Shown here in pieces: positions 19,648-30,757 of a DNA stretch of 64,000 bases. Positions within the stretch are counted from its first letter, which is position 1, and every line of letters starts with the position of its first letter. This DNA comes from an uncultured Clostridium sp. (GTDB taxonomy: Bacteria > Bacillota > Clostridia > TANB77 > CAG-508). The translations under genes were made by a program, and so were the position numbers. The stretch lies in NCBI GenBank assembly GCA_900553985.1, contig USFW01000001.1:11523-75522 (forward strand), in the 5' to 3' direction. A model generated the notes under the pieces. That model searched no databases. It was not told the origin of the DNA and worked only from the letters and a program-made list of their open reading frames with translations.

Positions 19648-19686
19648 TAAAAACCATAGAACTTTTTTAATTCTATGGTTTTTATA
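19646..19686 (-). terminator. Rho-independent terminator of the K/E-rich hypothetical gene
   Basis: AACCATAGAA ... TTCTATGGTT stem followed by U5 on the minus strand. Confidence 0.6.
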
Positions 19687-19692
19687 TTTTTC

Positions 19693-21297
19693 TTATCTTT
19701 CTTTGCTTTCTTGCTCTTGCATTATTTCTTTAACACTATTAGCTAATTCTCTTTCACTTTCTTTTTGTGCCATAGCTGCTCTAGCCTTTTCTTCTATTTT
19801 AGAATCTTTATTAGGTATTTTTTGTACAAAATCTCTACCTTTGCTTTTTACTGTTTGATATTTTTCTTGAGAGAACTCTTTTATTTTAGCTGTTTTATCC
19901 TTTGCAGTTTCTTTAGCTGTCTCTGCTAGTGCCTTTGTCTTTTCTTTTGCTATTATTGCACTATTTTTATCAAACAATTTTCCACATATATATGCTCCTG
20001 CTTTTTCTTCTGCTTTCACAAATCTATTCAACTTGATTTTTGAAAGCAGATTTGTATTTAATAAATTATGTACTAAATCAAATGGTAAATTTTTCTTTTC
20101 AGATATGCTATTTATATATTCTTTTAACTGATCTGTATTATGTTCTAGTACTGCTACTACTTCAGGGTTTATTTTTCTTTTTAAAAGAGCTCCTTTTATT
20201 CTTCCTCCTGCAATTTCTTTACACATATCAGAAATTCCAAGTCTTTTGAATTTTTCTTTTTTCTCTTCTAATACTTGCTGTATAGAAATAGTATGTTCTT
20301 GTTCATCTCCATCAATATAGTAATTAATATTTCCTTCTTTTTCTAATATTTCAATATATTTAACAGCTCTGTCTTTTTTCTCTCCCATTTGTTCATTTGA
20401 TCTTCCAGTTGTCACTTTACTTTCTTTAATCATTTGATCTATTCTTCTAACATCTGTTATATTTCTATTATCATTTTCCATTTGATTATATACATTATTT
20501 ATAGCATTTTCAATTTCAAATGTATTTTTAGGTTGTTGCTTCTGTTTATTTATACTTACTTTATCTACATATGGTCCCGCTTCTAAATGAATATTTCCAT
20601 AGTTTCTATTTTGTTCTTCTGTTTCTTTTTGTATCTCTTTAATAATTTCTTCTGTTGATTTTGTTTGATTTTGAGTATCTTTTTCTTGTTTATATTCAGT
20701 TTTTGTTTCTTTTTCTTGTTTCTCTTCAATTTTCGTTTCTTTTTGTTCTTTGTTTTCAGTCTTAGTTTCTTTTTCTTCTTTAATTTGAGCTTTAACATTA
20801 TATTTACTCATCATTTTATCAACATCTGATTTCAAAGTTTTTAATTCTTTTTCCTGTTTTACTATTCCCAACAACTTGCTATTCAATTCTCCGTTAATCT
20901 TTTCCAAGTCTTTTTCATATTCTAATAAAACTGGTGTTTTGGTGAATTTACCTTCTGAAAAAGAATATTTTCCTTGTTCTTCTTTTATTGCCTCTTCACA
21001 TTCTTTTTTATTTATAGTTAATTTTTTTACTATCTTCTTTTCCTCAGAAATTTCTTTCTCTTTTTTCTGTTTATCCTTAAGAATCTCTCTGTCTTTCACT
21101 ATGTTATCTAGTTCTTTTTCAATTTTTGTTAAATCTTTCTCACATTCACTCTGTTCAGTTGTCTTTTCAAACTTTCCTTCGTTAAGTTCCATCTTGTGTT
21201 TGTTTATTTCTTCTTCAATAACTTTTTGTAATTCTTCTTTATTTTTATTTAAACTTTTTTCATTTTTATCCATTATCTCAAGTAACTTTTCTTCCAT
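19693..21297 (-). CDS. Hypothetical K/E-rich coiled-coil protein with an internal ETKTE-type tandem repeat; no TM segment
   Basis: 534 aa of highly charged low-complexity sequence. A central block reads KEEKETKTENKEQKETKIEEKQEKETKTEYKQEKD. There is no recognisable catalytic motif. Confidence 0.5.
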   Translation of the reverse strand: MEEKLLEIMDKNEKSLNKNKEELQKVIEEEINKHKMELNEGKFEKTTEQSECEKDLTKIEKELDNIVKDREILKDKQKKEKEISEEKKIVKKLTINKKECEEAIKEEQGKYSFSEGKFTKTPVLLEYEKDLEKINGELNSKLLGIVKQEKELKTLKSDVDKMMSKYNVKAQIKEEKETKTENKEQKETKIEEKQEKETKTEYKQEKDTQNQTKSTEEIIKEIQKETEEQNRNYGNIHLEAGPYVDKVSINKQKQQPKNTFEIENAINNVYNQMENDNRNITDVRRIDQMIKESKVTTGRSNEQMGEKKDRAVKYIEILEKEGNINYYIDGDEQEHTISIQQVLEEKKEKFKRLGISDMCKEIAGGRIKGALLKRKINPEVVAVLEHNTDQLKEYINSISEKKNLPFDLVHNLLNTNLLSKIKLNRFVKAEEKAGAYICGKLFDKNSAIIAKEKTKALAETAKETAKDKTAKIKEFSQEKYQTVKSKGRDFVQKIPNKDSKIEEKARAAMAQKESERELANSVKEIMQEQESKER

Positions 21298-21415
21298 AAT
21301 TACCCCTTTCAGAATATTTACCTATTCCCATAAAATATACCTATTTATAATTATAGCAAAATTTTTCCATCGTTTCAATGTTTTTATGTAAATTTATCTA
21401 GTTTTAATAAAAATG

Positions 21416-22813
21416 TCATATTTTCGTAATATTTGTAATATCTAATATATCAAGACTTCTATTTGCTATTTTCATATATCTTTCTTTTTTATCCTTTATT
21501 TTCTTTCCTTCTAGTTCAGGTAAAATACCAAAATTAGCATTCATTGGTTGAAATTTTGAATTTTCTGTTGAAATATATTTAGCTAAAGCTCCTATTACAT
21601 TAAACTCTGAAAAAGTAATTTTATGATTTTCGTGATTTTCAATACCTTTTTTATAGTCTTCTACTGCATTTATTGCTGCTAGCATTCCTGAAGATATTGA
21701 TTCTACATATCCTTCTACTCCTGTTATTTGTCCTGCAAAATATATTGAATTATCCAATTTTAAGTTATATGTTTCGTCTAATAATTTAGTAGAATTAATA
21801 TAAGTATTTCTATGCATTACTCCATATTTTATAAATTCTGCATTCTCTAGACCTGGTATCATTGAAAATACTCTTTTTTGTTCTCCAAATTTTAAATTTG
21901 TTTGAAATCCTACTAAATTATATAAACTCGCTTGTTTATCATCTTGTCTTAATTGAACTACTGCATAAGGTCTTTTTCCTGTTTTTGGATCATCAAATCC
22001 CACTGGTTTTAATGGTCCAAATCTCAAAGTATCAATTCCTCTATTTGCCATTATTTCGACAGGCATACACCCTTCAAATATTTCTTTTTTCTCAAATTCA
22101 TGTAAATTTACTACATCTGCTTTTATTAATTCACTTACAAATTTTTCATATTCTTCTTTATTCATTGGAAGATTTATATAACTTTGTTCTTCTGTTTCTT
22201 GTTCTGCCAATCTATTTTTCCATTCTTCAATAGTTTCTTCTTTTTTCTTTTCTTGACTATATCTATCCCCATAAAATGCTATATCAAAATTGATACTGTC
22301 TTTTGATACTATTGGTGCTGCTGCATCATAAAAATATAATTTATCTTGTCCTGTTATTTTTTGAATTTGTTCTGCTAATTTTTCTGATGTTAATGGTCCA
22401 GTTGCTACTATTACTATTCCATCTTCTACAAGTTTTGAAACATCAACAACTTCTTCATTTATAACTTCTATTAACTCATTGTTACTTATTTCTTTTGTTA
22501 CTCTTTTTGAAAAAATATCTCTATCTACTGCTAATGCTTGTCCTGCTGGCACTGCTGTTTCATCTGCTATTTTTATCAATAAAGAACCTAATCTTCTCAA
22601 TTCTTCTTTTAAAAGTCCACAAGCATTTGTTAACAAATTTGATTTAAATGAATTACTGCATACTATCTCTGCTAAGTCTTTATTGCTATGTGCTGGTGAA
22701 AATTTTATAGGTTTCATTTCATATAATTTTACTTTTATTCCTCTTTTTGCAATTTGATAGGCTGCTTCTGTTCCAGCTAGTCCTCCTCCAATAACAGTTA
22801 TATAATCTTTCAT
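21416..22813 (-). CDS. trmFO: Methylenetetrahydrofolate--tRNA-(uracil54-C5)-methyltransferase TrmFO (Gid)
   Basis: N-terminal FAD-binding [12 protein letters not shown] and full-length similarity to TrmFO. Confidence 0.85.
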   Translation of the reverse strand: MKDYITVIGGGLAGTEAAYQIAKRGIKVKLYEMKPIKFSPAHSNKDLAEIVCSNSFKSNLLTNACGLLKEELRRLGSLLIKIADETAVPAGQALAVDRDIFSKRVTKEISNNELIEVINEEVVDVSKLVEDGIVIVATGPLTSEKLAEQIQKITGQDKLYFYDAAAPIVSKDSINFDIAFYGDRYSQEKKKEETIEEWKNRLAEQETEEQSYINLPMNKEEYEKFVSELIKADVVNLHEFEKKEIFEGCMPVEIMANRGIDTLRFGPLKPVGFDDPKTGKRPYAVVQLRQDDKQASLYNLVGFQTNLKFGEQKRVFSMIPGLENAEFIKYGVMHRNTYINSTKLLDETYNLKLDNSIYFAGQITGVEGYVESISSGMLAAINAVEDYKKGIENHENHKITFSEFNVIGALAKYISTENSKFQPMNANFGILPELEGKKIKDKKERYMKIANRSLDILDITNITKI

Positions 22814-23322
22814 CTTTCTTTTTCCTCTTCTTCTTTTTTATATTCTTCCCAACTTTGAAAATCTTTGCTTCTTTCTGCCTCTTCTTTCATTTTCAAAATT
22901 CTTTTATTTTTAGAATTTTCTCTTCTATAATAATCTAGTTCCTCTTCGCCATACATTTCTTGTATTTCTGATTTAGCTCTAGCAATTTTTACATCTACTT
23001 CATCTATCTGATATTCTTCACTATATTGTTGCTTAAATTTCAGATATTTTATATTTTCTTCTAGCTTATTTATTTCAGGTTTTACTTCTATTTCTTCTAT
23101 CTCCAATTTTGAAATTTTACAATAAACTTCTAACATTTCTTCTAATATTGTTATTTGAGCTTTATAATCTCTTCCATTTTGATTTGAATATTTTTCTTTT
23201 AGTTTCCTTATAATGCCATTATATTCATCTAGTTGTTTTTTCTTAGCTATATTTAAAGCAAATTCCTCAACTTCATCTCTTCGTCTCTCAAATTTCTCTG
23301 CCCAATTTTCTCTCTTATTCAT
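22810..23322 (-). CDS. Hypothetical charged coiled-coil protein (170 aa), translationally coupled to trmFO
   Basis: ATGA start/stop overlap with trmFO. E/K-rich with no domain recognised. Confidence 0.45.
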   Translation of the reverse strand: MNKRENWAEKFERRRDEVEEFALNIAKKKQLDEYNGIIRKLKEKYSNQNGRDYKAQITILEEMLEVYCKISKLEIEEIEVKPEINKLEENIKYLKFKQQYSEEYQIDEVDVKIARAKSEIQEMYGEEELDYYRRENSKNKRILKMKEEAERSKDFQSWEEYKKEEEEKER

Positions 23323-23384
23323 AACTCTTCACCTTTTATAATTTTTTTGTATATACTTAATTTATGTTATTATTTAGAACATAA

Positions 23385-26300
23385 TCAAAATGTATCAAAT
23401 AATTTCATAATATCATCTTTAGATAATTTATTAATAAATGAAACTTTCGTACTTAGCATATTATCCATTAATTCTGCTTTTTTCTGCTGTAACTCATATA
23501 TTTTTTCTTCTATACTATTTTTAGTTATTAGCTTATAAACTTGTACATTATTTTTTTGTCCAATTCTATACGCTCTATCTGTTGCTTGATTTTCAGTGGA
23601 TAAGTTCCACCAAGGATCATAGTGAATTACCATGTCTGCTCCTGTTAAGTTTAACCCTGTTCCTCCTGCTTTTAGTGATATCAAGAATATTTTCACCTCA
23701 GGATTTTGATTAAATTCATCTACTAACTTCATTCTTTCTTCCACTTTTGTAGCTCCTGTTAGCTTAAAGTAGTTAATATTTCTTTCCTTTAATTCCTCTT
23801 CTATTATACTAAACATTGATGTATAACCAGAAAATAATAATATTTTATGATTTCCTTTAATTGCATCTTCTATTATTTCCATACATTGTTCTAGTTTGCT
23901 ACTTCCCTCTTTATAGTTGTCTATAAATAAACTTGGATGACAACATATTTGTCTTAATCTTGTTAAAGCTGCTAATATTTTTATATGACTTCTTTCTACT
24001 CCATTTACATTTATCTCTTCTGCTACTTCTTGTTTCGCTTGGGCTAAATACGATAAATATATATTTTTTTGTTCTTCTCCCATTTCATTATTTAATACTG
24101 TAACTGTTTTATCTGGAAGTTCTGTTAATACTTCCTTTTTAGTTCTTCTTAATACAAATGGTTCTATTAACATTTTTAGTTTATTCATTGTTTTTACATC
24201 ATTATCTTTTACTATTGGTGTTTCATACATATTTTTAAATTGTTTATATGCAAATAAATATCCTGGCATTATATAATCAAATATTGACCATAATTCTGCT
24301 AAAGAATTTTCTATTGGTGTTCCAGTAAGTGCATATTTTGTATCTGCTAAAATTTTCTTAATTGCTTTTGCATTTTGTGTATTACTATTTTTTAAATATT
24401 GTGCTTCATCTGCTATTATAAATCTAAAATTATAATTTTTATCTTTGTATAATTCTATATCTCTTTTTAATAAATCATATGATGTTATTACTAAATCATA
24501 ATTTTGAATTTCTGATATTTTTTTCTTTCTTTCTTGTAAGGTTCCATTTATCACCATAGTTTGTAAGCCTTCAGCAAATTTTTTAGCTTCATTTTCCCAG
24601 TTCAAAGCCAATGAGCTAGGAGATACAACTATACTTGCTCTTCTTTCTTCAAAAGATGTATTTTCTACATAATCAACAATTATTGATAACATTTGAATTG
24701 TTTTTCCTAATCCCATGTCATCTGCTAATATTCCTCCAAAATTATATTTATCCAATGTTTTTAACCACTTAAATCCTGTTTTTTGATAATATCTAAGTGT
24801 ATTTTCTAATTTTTCTGGTATTTGTATTTCTTCTTCAATATTTTCTTTGTTTAATTGTTTTACTACTTTTTTATATTCACTATTCTTATTTACTTGATTA
24901 CTATTTATCCCTTTTAATAATTTATCTAAATAGAAACTTCTATAAATTGGAAGATTTACTTCTCCTTCTTCTATTTCTTTATAGTCTATTCCCATTCCAG
25001 TAGTTAACTTATCTAAAAATTCTATTTCTTCATTATTCTCTAAGTTCAAGAAACTTCCATCTTTTAATCTATGATATTTTTTCTTTAAGTTATATTTTGA
25101 CATTATATCTTCTAGTTCATTAATATCTATGTCTAATTTTTTTAAGTCTATTGATAGTAAATTATTTTCAACTTTAACACCTAAGCTTCCAATTTTATTT
25201 TGTCTTATTTGTTTTTGCTTGAAATTTTCTGTTACTAGTACATCAAACTTTTGCATATAATAGTTTATATCATCTGTTAGAAATTGATAAATCTTATCAT
25301 TATCAGGTAATATAAATCTTAAGTTATTTATATCAAACATAAATCCTGTTTTTCTGAAAATGTTTAAAGTTTTTGTTTCTTGAATTTTATTTCTAGCAAA
25401 GTTTATTTTTTGTTTTTCATCTAAAGGATTAAATTCGTTATTTCCATATTGAAATTTGACATCAGCTATTAAATAATCATTTTTGTCAAAGTCTAAATAT
25501 ACTTTTACTACTAATATTTCTGGTTTATATTTTTCTATTTCTTCTTCTCTTAGATTTTCTAAGTTTATTGCATCTTTTACTTTAGGTATTACGATAGAAA
25601 ATAACTGAGATAATTCTTTTTTGCCTAATTTTACTTCGGTCATATAGTTTTGTCTAAATATTTCTAACATTTTTAAATTTGAGTTTTCAAATTCTTTTGT
25701 ACATCTATATAATTTTTTCTCACTTAAAACATATTTATATTTTTTCCCTATTATTATAGATACCTTATATATATCAATACTTGGTACTATTTCATATTGG
25801 TCTTTTCCTAATTTATTTACTATAAACTCTATATCTGGTTTTTCTTCTGTAAATTCTACTAAATTTTCTGTATATTCTCTTTTTACTAAAATCTCTTTTC
25901 CTTTTAGTATTTCAAATAAATCATCTATTCCACTATTGCTTAATATTATACTAGTTTCACTTAATGCATTTCCATAGAATCTATAATTGCTATTTGAATT
26001 TGAATTTGCATATTTTATAATCTCTGCATATTTCATTAAAAAATCTAATAGTTTTTGGCTTTCTTCTTCAAAATTTTCTTTTATATGAACAAATTTTAGG
26101 TTTTTACCATAACTATAATTCTCTTTGTTTAACATCCTTGTATAAAATTCTGATAAGTTTTTTATTTTATACATTTTTGTCTTTCCAATTTTGAATTCAA
26201 GCTTCATTTCTCCTGTAAATTTGTCATAATATATGCTTGGCTCTAGTTTTACACTTCCTTGTGTTTTTAATTCTGTTTCCTCTTCTTCTAGATCTTCTAA

Positions 26301-26822
26301 TTCTTCGTTGTAAAAAATACTTACCATTTGGTTAAAAATTCTGTATTCATTTTGAGTTGTATTTGAGTTTGATATATTTTTTGTAGATAATTTATTTTCA
26401 CTTTCTATTGCTTTATTTTCTATCATGTCTTCAAACAATTCAAAACCTTGCTCTTTAATTTTTTCTGTGTCAGCTGTTTCGTTTTCTATTTCTTGTTGTT
26501 CATCTTCTAAAGAATAGTTATTTCCTTCATCAACAAATGTTAATACTGTTGCTAAAGAATGCTTACATACTCCATAATGATTATAATAGTCTAAACAAGT
26601 ACAGCTTACATCTTCTATTTCTCCATCTTTTACTAATACATATGTGTTATATATTTCTCCATTTCCTTTTACTTTCGCTTTTATTTCAAAGTTTAATGGA
26701 TTTTCATATTCGTAGTTTTGAATTGCTACCCTTTTTTCTTTCCTGTATTTTTGAGCTTTTTTTGTTCTTTCATAGCCTGCATCATTATATAAATTTTCTA
26801 TTACATTTTTATTAACTCGCAT
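23385..26822 (-). CDS. SNF2-family helicase with an N-terminal SWIM zinc finger (YwqA/RapA-like)
   Basis: SWIM CxC...CxH motif (VSCTCLDYYNHYGVCKHS), Walker A DDMGLGKT, DEAQ box (IADEAQYLKN) and the helicase C-terminal domain (TGADMVIHYDPWWN, ATDRAYRIGQ). Confidence 0.8.
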   Translation of the reverse strand: MRVNKNVIENLYNDAGYERTKKAQKYRKEKRVAIQNYEYENPLNFEIKAKVKGNGEIYNTYVLVKDGEIEDVSCTCLDYYNHYGVCKHSLATVLTFVDEGNNYSLEDEQQEIENETADTEKIKEQGFELFEDMIENKAIESENKLSTKNISNSNTTQNEYRIFNQMVSIFYNEELEDLEEEETELKTQGSVKLEPSIYYDKFTGEMKLEFKIGKTKMYKIKNLSEFYTRMLNKENYSYGKNLKFVHIKENFEEESQKLLDFLMKYAEIIKYANSNSNSNYRFYGNALSETSIILSNSGIDDLFEILKGKEILVKREYTENLVEFTEEKPDIEFIVNKLGKDQYEIVPSIDIYKVSIIIGKKYKYVLSEKKLYRCTKEFENSNLKMLEIFRQNYMTEVKLGKKELSQLFSIVIPKVKDAINLENLREEEIEKYKPEILVVKVYLDFDKNDYLIADVKFQYGNNEFNPLDEKQKINFARNKIQETKTLNIFRKTGFMFDINNLRFILPDNDKIYQFLTDDINYYMQKFDVLVTENFKQKQIRQNKIGSLGVKVENNLLSIDLKKLDIDINELEDIMSKYNLKKKYHRLKDGSFLNLENNEEIEFLDKLTTGMGIDYKEIEEGEVNLPIYRSFYLDKLLKGINSNQVNKNSEYKKVVKQLNKENIEEEIQIPEKLENTLRYYQKTGFKWLKTLDKYNFGGILADDMGLGKTIQMLSIIVDYVENTSFEERRASIVVSPSSLALNWENEAKKFAEGLQTMVINGTLQERKKKISEIQNYDLVITSYDLLKRDIELYKDKNYNFRFIIADEAQYLKNSNTQNAKAIKKILADTKYALTGTPIENSLAELWSIFDYIMPGYLFAYKQFKNMYETPIVKDNDVKTMNKLKMLIEPFVLRRTKKEVLTELPDKTVTVLNNEMGEEQKNIYLSYLAQAKQEVAEEINVNGVERSHIKILAALTRLRQICCHPSLFIDNYKEGSSKLEQCMEIIEDAIKGNHKILLFSGYTSMFSIIEEELKERNINYFKLTGATKVEERMKLVDEFNQNPEVKIFLISLKAGGTGLNLTGADMVIHYDPWWNLSTENQATDRAYRIGQKNNVQVYKLITKNSIEEKIYELQQKKAELMDNMLSTKVSFINKLSKDDIMKLFDTF

Positions 26823-26882
26823 ATTTTTTCTCCTTTTATTCGGTTAATAATTATATAATATTTTTTCTTTATTTTCAACCAA

Positions 26883-26930
26883 AAAACAAAAAGACACAAA
26901 TTTATTGTATAAAATAAATTTGTGTCTTTA
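26883..26930 (-). terminator. Rho-independent terminator of the Spo0E-like gene
   Basis: AAAGACACAAATTT ... AAATTTGTGTCTTT 14-bp stem followed by a U-run on the minus strand. Confidence 0.6.
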
Positions 26931-27140
26931 AGTTTTTCCATCTAATTCAATTTTATTTCTTTTATTACTTCTTTTTGCCTTGCAAACTCTACAAACTTGT
27001 TGTTTATCTTCATAGTATTTTGCAATTAGTTCGTCTAATTCTATGCTTAATTGATAAATGATAGTATAGTCTTTTTTCTGTTCTATACTTTGATTTAATT
27101 TGTTTCTTAATTTACAAATTTCATCATTTAACATACTCAT
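26928..27140 (-). CDS. Spo0E-family sporulation regulatory phosphatase-like protein
   Basis: 70 aa helical hairpin protein with the conserved SxxLDxLI motif (SIELDELIAKYY). Confidence 0.6.
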   Translation of the reverse strand: MSMLNDEICKLRNKLNQSIEQKKDYTIIYQLSIELDELIAKYYEDKQQVCRVCKAKRSNKRNKIELDGKT

Positions 27141-27341
27141 CTCTCCTTTTTATTAATTTATCTTCCGTATACTTATAAATTAACACAGAAAACTCCTCTA
27201 GTCAAGTATTTTCAATGGTTTTTGTCAACTTTCGTATAACATTTTTTCTTGTTTTTCGACAGCTAGAAACAGAAAAAAACGGTATCATTTTTTTGAATTT
27301 ATAATAACCGCTTTTTTTACACATTTTTTAACTATTATTTT

Positions 27342-28628
27342 TTAACTTTTTACTATTGAAAGTACCATTTTATTTTCTTTAAATACATCTTTTAACACCT
27401 GGTTTAAATATTCTACATTTATACTGTTTATTTCTTCTATATAGTCAAAACTATTTATTCCTTTGAAGTAGTCTGCTAAAAACATTCTTGCAATATCTGT
27501 AACATCATTATATTCTTTTACATATCCACCATATATCATTTTTTTGTTTCTCTCGAAGTCATTTTCATCTATTCCGTTTTCCTTTAACTCTTTTACCCTT
27601 AATTTGAATTTTTCATATAATTTTTCTGGATCTGTTGATTGTCCAGCAATTAGTATATGAGCATATGTTTTTGAAAATTCATAGTCTAAACTTGCTCCTG
27701 AATAAATTAATCCTTCGTTATATAACTCTTTGTATAACTTTGAACTTCTTCCCATTATTATATTTAGTAAAATTTCTATTGCAATATGTTTTTTTACTAT
27801 ATCTGTTTTGTTGGAATTTTCCACATTATCAATTTTATCTTTTATTCCTATTGTATATAATGGTTGACTAACTTCCAATTTTTGTTCTATTTTTTCTTTT
27901 ACAATTTCTTCTGGTTCTTCTTGAAAAATTCTTTCTATTTTGCCATTGCTTTTTTTGTCTATTAATCTTTTCTTTACTTCTTCTATTAATTTTTCTGGCT
28001 CAAAATCTCCACAAATTACCATTGCCATATTTGATGGATTATAGAAAGTTTCATAACATTTATATAATATTTCTTTATCAATCTTACTAATTGTTTCTAT
28101 TGTTCCTACAATGTCTATTTTTATAGGATTATTATGGTACATTGCTTCCATAGCATTTAGATAAACTCTCCATTCAGGATAGTCATCATACATCATTATT
28201 TCTTGACCAATTATTCCTTTTTCTTTTTCTACATTTTCGTCTGTAAAATATGGGTGTTGAACATAGTCCATTAATTCATCCATTGCTTCATAAAAATTGT
28301 CTGTACATTCAAATAAATATGCTGTATGGTCATTTGTTGTATATGCATTTGCTTCTGTTCCTAGAGCTGTTAAAACATCTAAACTATTTGTTCCATTTTC
28401 TTGTTCAAACATTTTATGCTCTAAAAAATGTGCTACTCCATTTGGCACTGTTGTTTTTTCTTGTTCTCCTGGAACTATGAATTCATTGTCATTTGAACCA
28501 TAATTTGTTCCCCAAATCATATATTTCTTTTGAACACCCGGTTTAGGTATTATCATTACTGTTAATCCATTATCAAGTTTCTCAATATATATTTTTTCTT
28601 TTACTTTTGAATTTTCTATAATTTGCAT
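27342..28628 (-). CDS. M16-family zinc peptidase, active-type subunit (inverted HxxEH motif)
   Basis: HFLEHKMFE zinc-binding motif near the N-terminus; insulinase/pitrilysin family. Confidence 0.8.
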   Translation of the reverse strand: MQIIENSKVKEKIYIEKLDNGLTVMIIPKPGVQKKYMIWGTNYGSNDNEFIVPGEQEKTTVPNGVAHFLEHKMFEQENGTNSLDVLTALGTEANAYTTNDHTAYLFECTDNFYEAMDELMDYVQHPYFTDENVEKEKGIIGQEIMMYDDYPEWRVYLNAMEAMYHNNPIKIDIVGTIETISKIDKEILYKCYETFYNPSNMAMVICGDFEPEKLIEEVKKRLIDKKSNGKIERIFQEEPEEIVKEKIEQKLEVSQPLYTIGIKDKIDNVENSNKTDIVKKHIAIEILLNIIMGRSSKLYKELYNEGLIYSGASLDYEFSKTYAHILIAGQSTDPEKLYEKFKLRVKELKENGIDENDFERNKKMIYGGYVKEYNDVTDIARMFLADYFKGINSFDYIEEINSINVEYLNQVLKDVFKENKMVLSIVKS

Positions 28629-28714
28629 TAAACTCTCATTCCTTTCCCACCTTATTAAAAGTCACATATATTAGTAAAATATTCTTTATTTCCTTAAAAC
28701 TAATTCTTCCTTTT

Positions 28715-29989
28715 CTAATTTCTTAAGAAGTATATTGTATTTATTTTTATTTTACTTGCAATATCTATAACATCCTGCTTATTAACTTCTTGAATTTTTT
28801 TCATATAATTTTCTAAATTTACTTCATTTTTTGATAACTCTTGACCAAAACAATATGTTATTTGAGTATCTTGTTCATCATCTATTAATTTTATCGATGC
28901 CAATATACCTTTTTTTGCATTTTCTACTTCTTCTTCCGTAAAATCTCCTGCTTTCATATCTTCTATTTGCTTTCTTATTAATTCTAATGCTTTTTCATAG
29001 TTTGATATTTCTATTCCACATCTTACGAAAATATTGTTCTTAATTCTATGATAACTTGAACTTGCTACATATGCTAAATGTGCTTTTTCTCTTACATTTT
29101 GAAACATTTTAGAATTCGCACTTCCACCTAGCAAACTGTTATATATCATTGTATCATATTTTAATTCTTCATTTTCAAAATTAATATCTAATCCTAATAT
29201 TAATTTTCCCTGTGTTACATCCATATTTTCTATTATAGTTTTTTCTTCAACATTTTTTACTTTATTTAGATTTACATTGTTTGTGACAAATTTAGCTTCT
29301 CTTTCTTGTAATCCTTGTATGTCTTCATTATCCTTTACTATTTCTTCAATATTTTCAGTAATGTCACCAGATACAAATATATCAATTTTACACTCTTCTC
29401 TTAATTTTTTGTATTGGTCATATAGGTTATTTTCATTAATATTATCCAAATCCTCTATATATCCAAATTTATATAATCCAAATGGTTCATTTTTATACAT
29501 TTCTTCTATACATCTATCAAGAGAATAACTTGCTTTATTATCTATTTTCCCCTCTATTCTTTGTTTTATATTGTTCTTTTCTTGTTCAACATATTCTTTT
29601 TTGAATCCTTCATTTTCTACTAATGGATTAAATACTATTTCTACTATTTTTTGTATAGCAGTTTTTAACATATTTTCTTCAGTTTGTGGTAAAAATTTAT
29701 CATTTATTGTTTCTATATAAAATTTTAAAACTTGATTATCTCCTGTTTTATCTAACCCACAGTCAAAACTAGCACCATACATTTCTTCAAGTTCTTTACT
29801 AATTTGTTCTTGAGTTGGCATATTTTTACTTCCTCTTCTTAGTAAAGCCGATATTACTGCATTTTTAGTTACAGTTTCTCTTTCTAATTTTGTTGTTAGA
29901 AAAATTGCAATTAAGTTTGTTTTAAATTTGTCTGTTTTTATTGTATGCAAATTTATTCCTTTTTTTATTTCACTTTTCTTGTATTCCAT
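28715..29989 (-). CDS. M16-family peptidase homologue lacking HxxEH (non-catalytic partner subunit)
   Basis: Insulinase-like fold signatures are present but there is no HxxEH motif. It is adjacent to and co-oriented with the active-type subunit, as in heterodimeric M16B pairs. Confidence 0.7.
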   Translation of the reverse strand: MEYKKSEIKKGINLHTIKTDKFKTNLIAIFLTTKLERETVTKNAVISALLRRGSKNMPTQEQISKELEEMYGASFDCGLDKTGDNQVLKFYIETINDKFLPQTEENMLKTAIQKIVEIVFNPLVENEGFKKEYVEQEKNNIKQRIEGKIDNKASYSLDRCIEEMYKNEPFGLYKFGYIEDLDNINENNLYDQYKKLREECKIDIFVSGDITENIEEIVKDNEDIQGLQEREAKFVTNNVNLNKVKNVEEKTIIENMDVTQGKLILGLDINFENEELKYDTMIYNSLLGGSANSKMFQNVREKAHLAYVASSSYHRIKNNIFVRCGIEISNYEKALELIRKQIEDMKAGDFTEEEVENAKKGILASIKLIDDEQDTQITYCFGQELSKNEVNLENYMKKIQEVNKQDVIDIASKIKINTIYFLRN

Positions 29990-30361
29990 AAAAACCGTTC
30001 CTTTCCCTCTTAAATTAAAAGCTTACATAGTATGAAAGATTTTTGCCTTCTTCCAAACTATACCTTTTTCTAAGTTATTGTATTACTATTTTTTGTTATT
30101 TACAATATTTTAATGAGTAAGTTTTTATATTTTTCATAAATTCTATATTAATAAGTTTTATTTTTAGACTAATACATTTAACTATTCTTTCTAACTTATT
30201 ATACTTTTTCTGCACGTTTTTATTCAAAACACAAAGAGAATAATTAAATTTTCTGTATTTTTTATTGTACCGAAAATTTCCTATTTTATCCCTTTTAGTA
30301 AAAACAAAAAATAGAAATGAAAATCAATTTTCCATCCCTATTTTTATCAGTTATTTAATTA

Positions 30362-30532
30362 CTAAAATTTTCTTTTTCTTGCAGCCTCTGATTTTTTCTT
30401 TCTCTTTACACTAGGCTTTTCATAATGTTCTCTTTTACGTACTTCTTGAAGTACTCCATTTCTTGCACATTGTCTTTTAAATCTTTTTAATGCATCTTCT
30501 ATATTTCCATTATTAACTTTAATCTCTAACAT
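30362..30532 (-). CDS. rpsU: 30S ribosomal protein S21
   Basis: Not in the ORF track because it is below the 60-aa cutoff. The minus strand encodes [67 protein letters not shown] lies upstream. Confidence 0.9.
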   Translation of the reverse strand: MLEIKVNNGNIEDALKRFKRQCARNGVLQEVRKREHYEKPSVKRKKKSEAARKRKF

Positions 30533-30757
30533 TTAATTTCCCCTCCTTCCGGTCATACGAAAACTGTATGTTGGGATAACCCTTATTAACGGTATTAATT
30601 ATACATTAAAGCAATATTGTTGTCAATAGGTAATTTTATTAATTTTAAAATGGCATTTTTGTAATATAAATGTTTTCATTTTTATGCACAACTTTTAATG
30701 TATAAAGATTTATTTATTCAAATTTTTGCTAATATTATTATATATTAGATTTAGCAG

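Noticed and set aside
20583-20798. 71-aa poly-lysine ORF
   Set aside because: It is an alternate frame of the K/E-rich repeat region of the 19693-21297 gene.
23385-26822. SNF2 helicase as the core of a DISARM- or BREX-like defence system
   Set aside because: No adjacent methyltransferase, PLD-nuclease, DUF1998 or other partner genes are present. The neighbours are trmFO and M16 peptidases.
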